IMG/VR virus record: IMGVR_UViG_3300033067_000468
Location: 1 to 26,499 of that record
Length of the DNA: 26,499 bases
Direction: 5' to 3' (one strand)
From: a virus
Taxonomy: Duplodnaviria; Caudoviricetes
Position numbers and translations under genes: made by a program. Shown here in pieces: positions 9,010-17,913 of the stretch. How positions within the stretch are numbered: the first letter of the stretch is position 1; the number at the start of each line of letters is the position of its first letter. The notes beneath the pieces are model-generated. The model was not told where the DNA came from, did no database searches, and saw only the letters and a list, made by a program, of their open reading frames with translations.

Positions 9010-10026
9010 TCAAGACTTTACAGGCGTAGGTTGCCCATCTTTCCAGAAGCTGTAAATGCTGCTGCTAAGCTCGGGCACTACGGCTGGCGGACGGCGGCGC
9101 TGCGGGTATTCGTCCCAGGCAACTTGGGTCCAGAACCACATATCGCGCAGTCCATCATCCAGAGACGTGCGGTCCTCGAAGCCAAGAATGGCCTCAGAAA
9201 GCTCTGTGGTACACCACGCCATCTTTACCTCTTTGCGGGCTTCGACGTGCTCTATGGCGGCTCCAGTGATCCTGGATACCATTTTGGCGGCCTCCAGGAT
9301 GCTAACTGGCGTTGCACCGCCCACATTGATTATCTGTCGTGATGCTTTGGGCTCCGTTCCCGCCCTGGCAATTGCTGGGATAGCGTCAGCAAGGTAGCTG
9401 AAAGCACGGTGCTGGCTTCCATCGCCAAACACGCGGATAGGCTTTCCTTCCAGCGCTGCACGCATCCACAGTCCCAGCACGTTCCGGTATCGCTGCCAGA
9501 TGTTCTGCCCTGGGCCGTAGAGGTTGTGCGGCCGGATAATGACATAATCCAATCCGTGGTACTCGTAGGCTACACGCAAGTCATCCTCGCACGCAGCTTT
9601 GGCGATTCCGTAGGTGTCGCACGGTTGCTTGGGGTCTTGCTCGTCAAACGGAGGCTCGCCATGTCCATAGACTGCCATGCTGGAGAAGTAAACCAGTCGC
9701 TTGCATCCAAACTTGATTGCCGCGTTTACCACTCCCGAGGTGGCACCCCAAACATTACGAACGGTGTACTCGCGCGCAAACGGGCTCAGTCCTTCGGCGG
9801 CAAACGAAGCACAGTGCCACACCACATCCACAGGACGCTTCCAAACCTGCTCGCGCCACCAATCATCGTTGCAGTCGGCCTCGTAAAACTCAGTGCCCTT
9901 TGGCACTTCTTCACGAAACCCTGCCTCCAAGTTGTCGATGCCAACTACTTCATCGCCTTGCTCAAGCAGATGTTGCGCCAGCCAACTCCCCAGGTGCCCT
10001 GCCACTCCCGTCACTAGATGCCGCAT
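9010..10026 (-). CDS. NAD-dependent NDP-sugar epimerase/dehydratase (extended SDR, GalE-like), 338 aa
   Basis: LVTGVAGHLGS (GxxGxxG), SSMAVYG, YGIAK (YxxxK), IIRPHNLYGP. Start reassigned to ATG 10026, preceded by TAAGGAGG. Confidence 0.92.
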   Translation of the reverse strand: MRHLVTGVAGHLGSWLAQHLLEQGDEVVGIDNLEAGFREEVPKGTEFYEADCNDDWWREQVWKRPVDVVWHCASFAAEGLSPFAREYTVRNVWGATSGVVNAAIKFGCKRLVYFSSMAVYGHGEPPFDEQDPKQPCDTYGIAKAACEDDLRVAYEYHGLDYVIIRPHNLYGPGQNIWQRYRNVLGLWMRAALEGKPIRVFGDGSQHRAFSYLADAIPAIARAGTEPKASRQIINVGGATPVSILEAAKMVSRITGAAIEHVEARKEVKMAWCTTELSEAILGFEDRTSLDDGLRDMWFWTQVAWDEYPQRRRPPAVVPELSSSIYSFWKDGQPTPVKS

Positions 10027-10576
10027 GTCGTTCCTCCTTAAAGCAATACCAGCTCCACGGTTCGCCGGTGTCCTGTGTGATTTGAATATGCAAGCCGTAC
10101 TTTGCCGCGAACGCGTGAACTGCGTGACAAACGGAAATGGCGCGGAAGTCGTAATCGTGACCCGCAAGCATTCCACCCACTCGCAGCTTGCTCCACGCTG
10201 CCTCCATGTCCGCCATTGCCTCCCAGTACAGATGGCCTGCGTCTACATAGGCAAAGTCCAGTTGTTCTGGAATCTGCGATACAGCCACCGTTGTTGGGAG
10301 CGGCATGAACTGGATACGATCACGAAAGCCTCCGAGACTGCACTCGGCAATCTGTCGGTCCTGCGTGCGGTCGTGCGCGTAATCCCTGGTAGGTAGGTAC
10401 TGGTCAATCAGGTACAGTTTCTTTCCTTGCCAGCGAAATAGGAACGAACCGGCAAATGTTCCCTGGTGTGTCCCCAGTTCTGCCCCATAGCCCGTTAGTT
10501 CACGCTGATTACACAGGTCCGCTAGTTCGTGGCGGAACTGAATCTCTTGCGATACGCTCACGCTCCAGTTGCTCAT
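9962..10576 (-). CDS. Class I SAM-dependent methyltransferase (Methyltransf_24-like), 204 aa
   Basis: GAELGTHQG motif I, LYLID, LDFAYVDAGHLY and WSKLRVGGMLAGHDY; GAGG upstream. Confidence 0.88.
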   Translation of the reverse strand: MSNWSVSVSQEIQFRHELADLCNQRELTGYGAELGTHQGTFAGSFLFRWQGKKLYLIDQYLPTRDYAHDRTQDRQIAECSLGGFRDRIQFMPLPTTVAVSQIPEQLDFAYVDAGHLYWEAMADMEAAWSKLRVGGMLAGHDYDFRAISVCHAVHAFAAKYGLHIQITQDTGEPWSWYCFKEERHAASSDGSGRAPGELAGATSA

Positions 10577-11624
10577 CGGTTATTTCCTCGCCTGCGTAAA
10601 GTTGTGGGTCGTACGGGTTCGGTGTCGGGTAAATCTCTTCGGGCCATTTCTGATAAACGCTCTTGCACTCTTCTGGAGCAAGCAATCCCGATAGCCATGC
10701 TTCCGCGCCATAGCGATCAACGGGCACTTTTCGCCACTTTGCCTGATTGAAGACCTGATCGTTCCGAAACCAAAAGAACGTGCCGCAAAACATCCAGCGT
10801 CCATGTCTCAGACCGCTCGGGAACGGCGAATCACTTGGGGTCGGGTAAACCATCTTGTGGATTCCTACCGCCTTGTGCGAGCGAAGGTGTTCCGCGCAGC
10901 TTTCCCATTCGCCTACCAAATAGCGATAACCGGCGTTTCTCCAGTAGGTCGCCCCCTCTACGCTGTCTGCCGTGCTATTCCCTTTGGTGTGAGCATAAAA
11001 CGTGGCTTCGTTGCTGGCGGTCGATGCAACTCCGCATAGCAAAGGTAAGAAGCTGACAACTTCTCGCAGTTCCTTGTCGTTTGGGATTGGCATTAGCTCG
11101 GCAAAGTCGCCTAGCTCTTTGCGAACCTCGTCAAGATCGTGCATCCCCTCCCCGGTTCCAACGGCAATCAGTCGTCGCCCGTTGAATGCCTCGGGGTGAT
11201 CCAGAAGCTGTCGCACGTTGGCGCGCCATAAGTCGTTGGACTTCAGCGGGCAGCAGTGGTAGATCAGATTGCGAACGGTGATCTCGGAAAACGCACGGCG
11301 ATGCTCGCAGTTGGAACACGCCCAATTGTCCCATTTGCTCTTGAACGTCGGCATGTTCAGAACTGCCTGACCCTTGCTATTTTCAGGATGAGAGCAGGCC
11401 ACAATTGACGTATCCTGCTTGCATCCGCAATCAACGCGCATTCCCGTTTTCGCGCCACGATAGGTGCATGGGCTATCACTGGGAACCAGCGTGCGTCCGG
11501 TGCAAGTTCTGGCAACCTTCTCGCCAAGTCCAATCGGAATGCGCAACTTGCGGTCGCACTGACTGCAAATGTACACGCCGGTCTTGTCGTCGATCAGTTC
11601 AACGAATCGCAGATTGCATTTCAT
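10509..11624 (-). CDS. Cys-rich N-terminal domain fused to a putative glycosyltransferase-like domain, 371 aa
   Basis: First ~110 aa contain CSQC, CTYRG, DCGC and CSNCEH. Remainder has LIYHCCP, FYAHTKG, FCGTFFWF and RYGAEAWL, resembling HTK-motif RgpF-like/viral glycan enzymes. ATGA-coupled; lies next to the MTase and epimerase. Confidence 0.55.
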   Translation of the reverse strand: MKCNLRFVELIDDKTGVYICSQCDRKLRIPIGLGEKVARTCTGRTLVPSDSPCTYRGAKTGMRVDCGCKQDTSIVACSHPENSKGQAVLNMPTFKSKWDNWACSNCEHRRAFSEITVRNLIYHCCPLKSNDLWRANVRQLLDHPEAFNGRRLIAVGTGEGMHDLDEVRKELGDFAELMPIPNDKELREVVSFLPLLCGVASTASNEATFYAHTKGNSTADSVEGATYWRNAGYRYLVGEWESCAEHLRSHKAVGIHKMVYPTPSDSPFPSGLRHGRWMFCGTFFWFRNDQVFNQAKWRKVPVDRYGAEAWLSGLLAPEECKSVYQKWPEEIYPTPNPYDPQLYAGEEITDEQLERERIARDSVPPRTSGPV

Positions 11625-12134
11625 GGGTAGATTGTGGCTGATAGGGTTTTGGGTAGAGTCCAGGTAACGTGAGACGCTGGAAGTGCGCCTCCAACTGCGG
11701 AAAGGAATGACGTTTGTTCCAGGGGGAATTCAGGCTCTGCGCGAAGAAGGATGGCGTATCCTGACACTCGCTCTGAGTGGTGAAAGTCTCCGCTTCGATA
11801 GACCACCTCGCAAAGCACAGGAACACCACCTATCCAGCCCACAGATAGCACTGCCTTCAGCCACCATCGTTCGGCATCGGATTCCCATGTCAATGTGACT
11901 GACTTTCGTATCTGATAGGCGTAGTCACCGCAATTTTCCTCGTAGCAGAATCTCCACTGCTCATTGGCATCTTGCTCCGCAGCGCACGCCCTTGGGAATC
12001 AAAAACCATTCTTTGTCAGGCAAGTGGCCAACAGCGACAGCAGGTTCGTAGTCGATAAACGAACAGGCTGCGTCAATCGCAATGACCGCAGACGGCTTCA
12101 GTTCGTCGTGTTCGTGCTGGAGTTTGCAGGTCAT
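11621..12134 (-). pseudogene. Gene split by a +1 frameshift (about 170 aa if joined); paralog of the C-terminal domain of the upstream CCC protein
   Basis: ATG 12134 is ATGA-coupled to the upstream stop and gives 57 aa (MTCKLQ...EWFLIPKGVRCGARCQ*, stop 11961). The +1 frame is open from about 11998 (FPRACAAEQDANEQWRFCYEENC...) to TGA 11621, which is ATGA-coupled to the next gene. Confidence 0.6.
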
Positions 12135-13981
12135 ATGACGACGATGCTTACGGTTACTTGTGAAGGAAATGTCAGTTCGACACGATCAGGCGTTCCCGTA
12201 AAGGTCTCGTCTTCGTAGGTTTCTGGCTCGACAACTGTTAGCACATTGCTAGCAGCGCTGTTTAGTCCGCTGTATCCACCCACCCACGCACCTGAAGTTG
12301 TTGCAATGTAGTCACCGTTTGGGCATGTTGTGTGTTCGTACCAATCTGAGTAGTAGGTAGCTCCGCCGATTGTTGGCGATGCGTGCAATGCGGCACGCGC
12401 AAAGTAGATGTCAGCTCTTATTCGCCATCGTGCAGTTGGCAGCCCGGATTCTCGCTCGTATCCAGCCTCGACGATGAATCGCATGAACTGCGACGATGGC
12501 GATGTAACAGAAAATGTCAGTTCATCATATGACGCCATGCACGAACCTATGCCAACGTAATACCCTGTCCTGTCACAGACAAAAGCATTTTCCGATGGAA
12601 CCCACTGCGTTTTTGGTCCAAAAAATCCTGAAGGTGTTGGTGCTATCAGAGGGTAGTTCGTTGAAATATCAACGCCATAGACTATTGCGCAGTCATAAGC
12701 CTGTGATGGACACACCTCACAATCGACAGTAATTGACACGTTGCATGGGCTGCAATTCAGGTTCGTCACACCGGCATTGTCTGTTCGCAGCGAACGAATC
12801 TCGGTGACACTGACCTTTGAAGAACCTGCTGTCATTTTCAGGTTGACATATCCTGTGTTGTCAGTTGACGTGTACTCGTTGTGGGTTGTTGCCGTATCAA
12901 CGACGATCTTTTCGGCATTGAAACAGATATTCAGCGTCGAGTTAGTCAGGCTCGTATAAATACTGGTGGCACCGCTCCCGTTCACCGTCACCGCAATGAC
13001 CTGCTCTGGCGTTAGCGTCTTGCTGATCTGCAAGCGGATGGCACCAATCTCCACGTCGAACGTAGGCGACGAACCCGCCCAGTCAGCCGAGTAGTTCAGG
13101 GACAGCGAATTCCTGGCAGGAAGATCAACCAGCCACGTTGCCGTCGTGCTGGTTAGCTCTAGTGCGCCGGTCGTTACATTGCGCGCAAACGTGCCACCGC
13201 TTGAACTGTACGCCGCCGTTCCTTGATCGCCTGCCGTTGTCATGTCAGCCGCAAACAAGCATTGGCCGCAGTAGGGACAGTTCACGAAGTCCGGTTTTGT
13301 CCTTCTCCAGGAGAAGTCATCCCAGCGAGCCGTTCCACTGGAACACTCCAGGAACACGTCTTGGATGGTTGGCGCACCGGACACAACTCCTTCGAGCGTG
13401 TAGAAAGCACCCGTGTAACTTCCAATAGTCGCTTTAACGGCCATGCCAGTTCGAGAGTACAGGCTGTAGTACCTCATTGGCTCCCAGCAAAGCGTAATAT
13501 CAAAATACTTGTCACTGGCATCGTAGCTTGCGCCACTAGTATAGAACGGGCCGTCGTCCCAGCCGATTGGCAGAGGGTCTGTGATGTAGGTTGGTCCTGC
13601 TGTATAAAGACGTGCGCTGATGGTGGGCGCAATCCCAGAAGAGTCACACGTCAATTCCAGGCCGATATAACGAGAGATTGCCGTGCCACCCAAGATGTCG
13701 CGTTGCCCGAAGATGACGTGCGAAACAACAGGGTTCGATGTGTCTAGTGGCGTCCACTTCACCGACACCTTGGACGATCCAGAATAGTTGACACTGTCAA
13801 CGGTCACTGACGGATAGGTTATCCCTTCCGTTCGTATCAGGCCTGGGCTTGCGATCTGAAGCGTGTTGCTTTTAATCTCAGCGCCGCTAGAAATCTCCAC
13901 CCACGACGAGCCAAGATCGGTGTTGTCCGCCCGGTTGAAGTCATCTGTCAGAACAGGCTTGCAGCAGCATTTGCAAAACAT
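12131..13981 (-). CDS. Cys-cluster multi-domain beta-rich tail/receptor-binding candidate, 616 aa
   Basis: Start reassigned to ATG 13981, 1 nt after the upstream stop. MFCKCCCK, then TDDFNRAD...LGSSW (lectin/LamG-like opening); domains separated by CPYCGQC and CSPC...CEVC; Ser/Thr-rich. Confidence 0.6.
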   Translation of the reverse strand: MFCKCCCKPVLTDDFNRADNTDLGSSWVEISSGAEIKSNTLQIASPGLIRTEGITYPSVTVDSVNYSGSSKVSVKWTPLDTSNPVVSHVIFGQRDILGGTAISRYIGLELTCDSSGIAPTISARLYTAGPTYITDPLPIGWDDGPFYTSGASYDASDKYFDITLCWEPMRYYSLYSRTGMAVKATIGSYTGAFYTLEGVVSGAPTIQDVFLECSSGTARWDDFSWRRTKPDFVNCPYCGQCLFAADMTTAGDQGTAAYSSSGGTFARNVTTGALELTSTTATWLVDLPARNSLSLNYSADWAGSSPTFDVEIGAIRLQISKTLTPEQVIAVTVNGSGATSIYTSLTNSTLNICFNAEKIVVDTATTHNEYTSTDNTGYVNLKMTAGSSKVSVTEIRSLRTDNAGVTNLNCSPCNVSITVDCEVCPSQAYDCAIVYGVDISTNYPLIAPTPSGFFGPKTQWVPSENAFVCDRTGYYVGIGSCMASYDELTFSVTSPSSQFMRFIVEAGYERESGLPTARWRIRADIYFARAALHASPTIGGATYYSDWYEHTTCPNGDYIATTSGAWVGGYSGLNSAASNVLTVVEPETYEDETFTGTPDRVELTFPSQVTVSIVVI

Positions 13982-13982
13982 C

Positions 13983-14972
13983 TTAGCACTCCGCTGCGTA
14001 AACGTGCCACGAACCGCCCAGCCATTCAATGAACACCGCTTTGTCGCTTTCGATGTCCGTGAAAATGTTGTTGACGCTCGGAACGTCAATGCTGCTATCT
14101 ATACCGCTCCCGTCGTACATGCGAATCGTTGCCGTCGCACCTTTGATCCAAGAGGCGGTCGTCTTGCCACGAACGCGGTCAACGGGGCGTTGATACGCGC
14201 GGACTAGCGACGAACCGCCTAGTGTGGTTGTCTGCCCAACAATAGTGAATCCATAGCGGTACTTGGCAAGTGTCCACTGACCCTGCTTTGGGCCCCAGGA
14301 CTCACCAATGAGTGGCGTGCCGCTTCCCGTGTCGTAAGCAACGTAGTCTGCTGTTAGCAGCCACTTTGCCAGCCCCTTGCCACCATCCGCAACGTCTGGC
14401 GTGAAGTTGACAAGCAGGTATCGTTCGAGCGTAGTTGTAGGCTTGCCGATGACATAGCGACCGCCCTTCGAGCCTGCAATTGCTCCGATGCTTGTGATGC
14501 TCATAACGGCACCAAGCGGGCAGGTTTCGCCAGATGAGTTCGTAAATGGCACAAACTCCTTGGCGTAGTCAAATCTGACTTTGGCCCTACCACTGGTGCT
14601 GTCGATGTCACCAAACACTACCACGCCAATATCGCTGCTGGTCAGCGTGAAGGAGTCCTTTTTGGTCCCTACGATGTCGCCAACGGCTGGCGCGTTTGTG
14701 CTTGTCTCTGTCAGCCCATAGCAGGAGCCATCGGTGGTGCAGTTCCCCCAGTCACCAGCAGCAACCTGCGTAGGGCCATTGATAGCAAACCGTGGCAGGA
14801 AATCCTGTGTAGGGCGTTTGCATTTTAGGTAGGTAACCGTGTCGGTATCCTGCTTGTCGGCATTCTCAATTTCGATTGCGCCGAAGGGCGGGATGGTCGT
14901 GCTTCCCGTGTTCTTGAACGTCTCCCAGCGGATACGGTGAAACGGGGCAAGGTATTCCTCGTTGTTGCTCAC
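13983..14972 (-). CDS. Putative baseplate/tail protein with a tandem ~120-aa duplication, 329 aa
   Basis: ATGA-coupled. FKNTGSTTIPPFGAIEI / FTNSSGETCPLGAVMSI; APAVGDIVGTKKDSFTL / TPLIGESWGPKQGQWTL; ends in WHVYAAEC. Confidence 0.65.
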   Translation of the reverse strand: MSNNEEYLAPFHRIRWETFKNTGSTTIPPFGAIEIENADKQDTDTVTYLKCKRPTQDFLPRFAINGPTQVAAGDWGNCTTDGSCYGLTETSTNAPAVGDIVGTKKDSFTLTSSDIGVVVFGDIDSTSGRAKVRFDYAKEFVPFTNSSGETCPLGAVMSITSIGAIAGSKGGRYVIGKPTTTLERYLLVNFTPDVADGGKGLAKWLLTADYVAYDTGSGTPLIGESWGPKQGQWTLAKYRYGFTIVGQTTTLGGSSLVRAYQRPVDRVRGKTTASWIKGATATIRMYDGSGIDSSIDVPSVNNIFTDIESDKAVFIEWLGGSWHVYAAEC

Positions 14973-16501
14973 GACACACCTCGCGTTGCATCCACCCAGG
15001 TCAGGCGTTCACGGGCCGCTTGATGAGGCGTGAACAGGTCCATTTCGTAAATACGGCTTACGTCGCTGTAACAGATTCGACCGCCACCCGTACTGAACCG
15101 CACTTGTGCAACCAGCCCTGTTGGATCGGCTGACGTGATCCCTTCGTACCGCATGTGCTTGAAGGTTCTGTCGGCATACTTCAGGGCGTGATTCGTCAGG
15201 TAGGCATCGGCTTCGGTGTTCAGCGCTGTCAGGTTGCTGCTCGATGAAGGGCTGTTTAGTTTGGCGTAGACCATTTCTGGTCGAAGCAGAATCTGCGTAC
15301 CACTCCCCCCAAGGCTTGATCCTGTCTTGCTGTAGACATCAAACCCACCTGCTGCCAAAACAACGGGGTGCTGAACAATTAGGCCAAGGTCCGCTTTGGC
15401 AATGTCGCTCGAACTGATCTTCACGACCGGCGTTCTTGTCCGAATCAGGCCGTTTTCTTTGTCCACTGTGAAGGCGGCAACATAGCGGGAATTGGTCGGC
15501 GTGTTGGTGTTCAGTTCCGAACGAGGCCACCAAACACCCTCGATATAAGCAGGCTGGCTTACCGTCGATGATCCGGCAGAAATGAAATCCTGGATTGGCA
15601 AATACTGGCTAATGCTTGTCGGCACTTCGGATGCGCCAGTAACCGTCAAACCGCCCGCCCACTGCTCCTTAATTCGCCACAGCTTGAAAACGTCTTCAAA
15701 GGCTAGTGCCCTGGCAGATAGCGTCACGTCAGCAAAGTGCGTGTACCAACTCTTCTCCCATCCGCTTGCCGGCTTGTAAGACAGGTCGTCAATCAGTTTG
15801 ATCGTGCCGTCCGTGTCGCGCCCAACCGCTTCCAGGCGAATCTTGTCCTGGAACATGATTGGCGCACCAATCACTTTAATCCTGTCAGGGTATGCGGACT
15901 TGACTGCCGTGTAGGAGGAAACTAGCTCGCCACCAGAAGGAAGGTCAGCGCCGCTACCATAAGGGACAACAGCAAAAGCATCACCGACTGGAACCACCTC
16001 ATGCGCCGTGATCCGACACAACTCCTGCAATAGAAGGTCGGCACGCCCAGAATAATTGAAGCGCGGGTACATACCCGTTGCCATTGCCGATACGGTAATC
16101 GTCTCCCCAAGTGCCGTAGCACAAAGGGTGGCAATCTGTGCGGGTGTCTTTTGCGTAGCCGAGAGTATCGCTCCATTGGCTGTCCTTTGATTGCAATTGA
16201 GGTTGATGTAGCTGTTCTTCCACTTCCAGCGCCGATCCCAGATAACCACTCGCTGCTTGGGTGGCAACTGCGTCCCTTCTGGCACTTCGAGGTGCGCAAG
16301 GTCTACTGCGCATCCGGTCCAGCTTCGCGTTGTACCGTCGAACGAAAAGCTGAGTGTGCCAACGGATTGGTTGATGTCACCAGCAGCCACGTCCAAAATG
16401 CAAGCGTCAGGAGCCACGCCACGCGAGCGCGTAAAGGTTGCGCCCCGAATGTCATCGGCTGAAATCGTCCCAAACGATACGGTCCCTTGGGGTGTTGTCA
16501 T
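14969..16501 (-). CDS. Putative baseplate hub (Tal/gp27-like), 510 aa
   Basis: Position and size. N-terminal beta strands, then DRRWKWK, KTPAQIATLCATALGE and LLQELCRITAHEV, matching the usual hub layout. ATGA overlaps at both ends. Confidence 0.5.
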   Translation of the reverse strand: MTTPQGTVSFGTISADDIRGATFTRSRGVAPDACILDVAAGDINQSVGTLSFSFDGTTRSWTGCAVDLAHLEVPEGTQLPPKQRVVIWDRRWKWKNSYINLNCNQRTANGAILSATQKTPAQIATLCATALGETITVSAMATGMYPRFNYSGRADLLLQELCRITAHEVVPVGDAFAVVPYGSGADLPSGGELVSSYTAVKSAYPDRIKVIGAPIMFQDKIRLEAVGRDTDGTIKLIDDLSYKPASGWEKSWYTHFADVTLSARALAFEDVFKLWRIKEQWAGGLTVTGASEVPTSISQYLPIQDFISAGSSTVSQPAYIEGVWWPRSELNTNTPTNSRYVAAFTVDKENGLIRTRTPVVKISSSDIAKADLGLIVQHPVVLAAGGFDVYSKTGSSLGGSGTQILLRPEMVYAKLNSPSSSSNLTALNTEADAYLTNHALKYADRTFKHMRYEGITSADPTGLVAQVRFSTGGGRICYSDVSRIYEMDLFTPHQAARERLTWVDATRGVS

Positions 16502-17238
16502 ACAGCGTCTGGCACGTTCGCAGAAAGGTCAGAGGCGGTGGAGTAAAAGTACGTCCAGCGGCATGGGTAGAAAATCGAAGATCGGCCGCGATACTGAGGC
16601 GTTCCCCAGAAGATTCGCCGCTGGTCCGCATGTTCAATCGCTGCGATGGGAGCGAACCGCAAAGCAGCAGGCGTCACATAGCCATTCACGCCAATCGCAT
16701 AGCCGTTTTGAATGATTCGCTGGATGGTGTGCTGGTTAGTCTGCTGAAGACGCGGAACTCCGGTTGCATACTGCGACGCACGGTAAGCGGCTCCTGCGTT
16801 GCCAATGAATTGCAGCGAATCCGAATACTGATAGATTCCGCTTTCAGTATCCAGCACTTCCTGAGAAAGCGTGATCGAGAAGTTGCGGCAGTTGGCAAGT
16901 TCTTCAGGACCACCCTTTGGCCATGATCGCTGAATGACTTGCACCGGCGTTATGGCATTGGGATTGGTGGCGTCCAGAATGTGCGGGGTGGCAAGACCCG
17001 TGTTGTCGTACAGAACTGCCGACAGGTCGTTGGTGCTGTAGGCCGAGATTAGCTCGTTGATTCGCGTAATGACCGCCGCTTGCCCGCTGGCAATAATTTC
17101 ACCCGCAATGTGCATGATGTAGGTGATGCTGTACCTCTTCCCTCGCGCCGTATAGTTGGGCCGGATGTCAAAGCGCGACAGGTTCACCTCGCCTTGCGGG
17201 TGCGCGTAGGAGCCATATTTGAAATAGCTAGTAGCCAT
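16498..17238 (-). CDS. Putative distal tail (Dit-like) protein, 246 aa
   Basis: Start reassigned to ATG 17238 (TAATG overlap). Begins with YFKYGSY, then strand-strand-helix (MHIAGEII...VITRINELISAY); lies before the hub-like gene. Confidence 0.45.
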   Translation of the reverse strand: MATSYFKYGSYAHPQGEVNLSRFDIRPNYTARGKRYSITYIMHIAGEIIASGQAAVITRINELISAYSTNDLSAVLYDNTGLATPHILDATNPNAITPVQVIQRSWPKGGPEELANCRNFSITLSQEVLDTESGIYQYSDSLQFIGNAGAAYRASQYATGVPRLQQTNQHTIQRIIQNGYAIGVNGYVTPAALRFAPIAAIEHADQRRIFWGTPQYRGRSSIFYPCRWTYFYSTASDLSANVPDAV

Positions 17239-17903
17239 TAGTAACGGCACCTCATAAGCTGTTCTGTCAAAAGCTGAATCTGGTGCTGGTGGTTGGTCAA
17301 AAGTTCCGTCTCGACTCCCAGGTGGTCAACAATCGCATCACGAAACTGGTTGTTCGCTTCGTGGTACTCATTCCACCTTTGCGTCGAGTTATCGCCATCG
17401 GCGGTCTGGCCAGGGAAGGTATTGACCTCAAAGTCCTGGTCGTCCATGCCAGCCCGGTTGGGGTTTTGCACAACGATGTCATCTTGCGGGTCGGTATCGG
17501 CCTGCATCTTGTTCATCGTGCGGCGATGCTTGCGTGCCACCTGTCCCTTGTCAGGCTGGCGATGCGGTTGCTCCTTGGGTTCGATGCGCCTTGCCAGTGG
17601 CATGTCGCTGGGAATGGCCGCCTCCACCGCATCTAACTCTTCGGGTGATTCTTCCTGCTGAAGTTCTGGAACATCGACCGGAACTAGCGCGGCTAAGTCT
17701 TCCTCTTCGGTGGCACTCTGCAAATCGTCCATCGCCAGCGCACGATCATTGGCCAGTTCTCCATCGTCTGGCAGTCCGCTATCAGGGCCGGATATTGGCA
17801 GGTCCATTGCGGCTTCCATTTCGCTTGCCTGCGGGGGAAGGGGGGGGCCAAGCGGATCGCTACCAAATTCCGGCTGCGAGGTGATGTCATTGTCTTCGTC
17901 CAC
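17238..17903 (-). CDS. Acidic, largely disordered protein with a C-terminal helix; possible minimal tape measure/chaperone, 221 aa
   Basis: GTG start with TAAGGA RBS; D/E/P-rich; C-terminal amphipathic WNEYHEANNQFRDAIVDHL...IQLLTEQL; lies between tube and Dit-like genes. Confidence 0.55.
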   Translation of the reverse strand: MDEDNDITSQPEFGSDPLGPPLPPQASEMEAAMDLPISGPDSGLPDDGELANDRALAMDDLQSATEEEDLAALVPVDVPELQQEESPEELDAVEAAIPSDMPLARRIEPKEQPHRQPDKGQVARKHRRTMNKMQADTDPQDDIVVQNPNRAGMDDQDFEVNTFPGQTADGDNSTQRWNEYHEANNQFRDAIVDHLGVETELLTNHQHQIQLLTEQLMRCRY

Positions 17904-17913
17904 AGCAAATTCC

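Noticed and set aside
10027-10176. Longest-ORF N-terminal extensions (epimerase; also 13982-14089, 17239-17250, 24336-24479)
   Set aside because: Internal ATGs have a strong RBS or stop-start coupling, and the extensions overlap upstream genes.
11621-12750. DGR template/variable repeat or invertible tail-fibre cassette explaining the paralogous domains
   Set aside because: Similarity is only remote and at protein level; no near-identical DNA repeat, no reverse transcriptase, both copies on the same strand, no flanking inverted sites seen.
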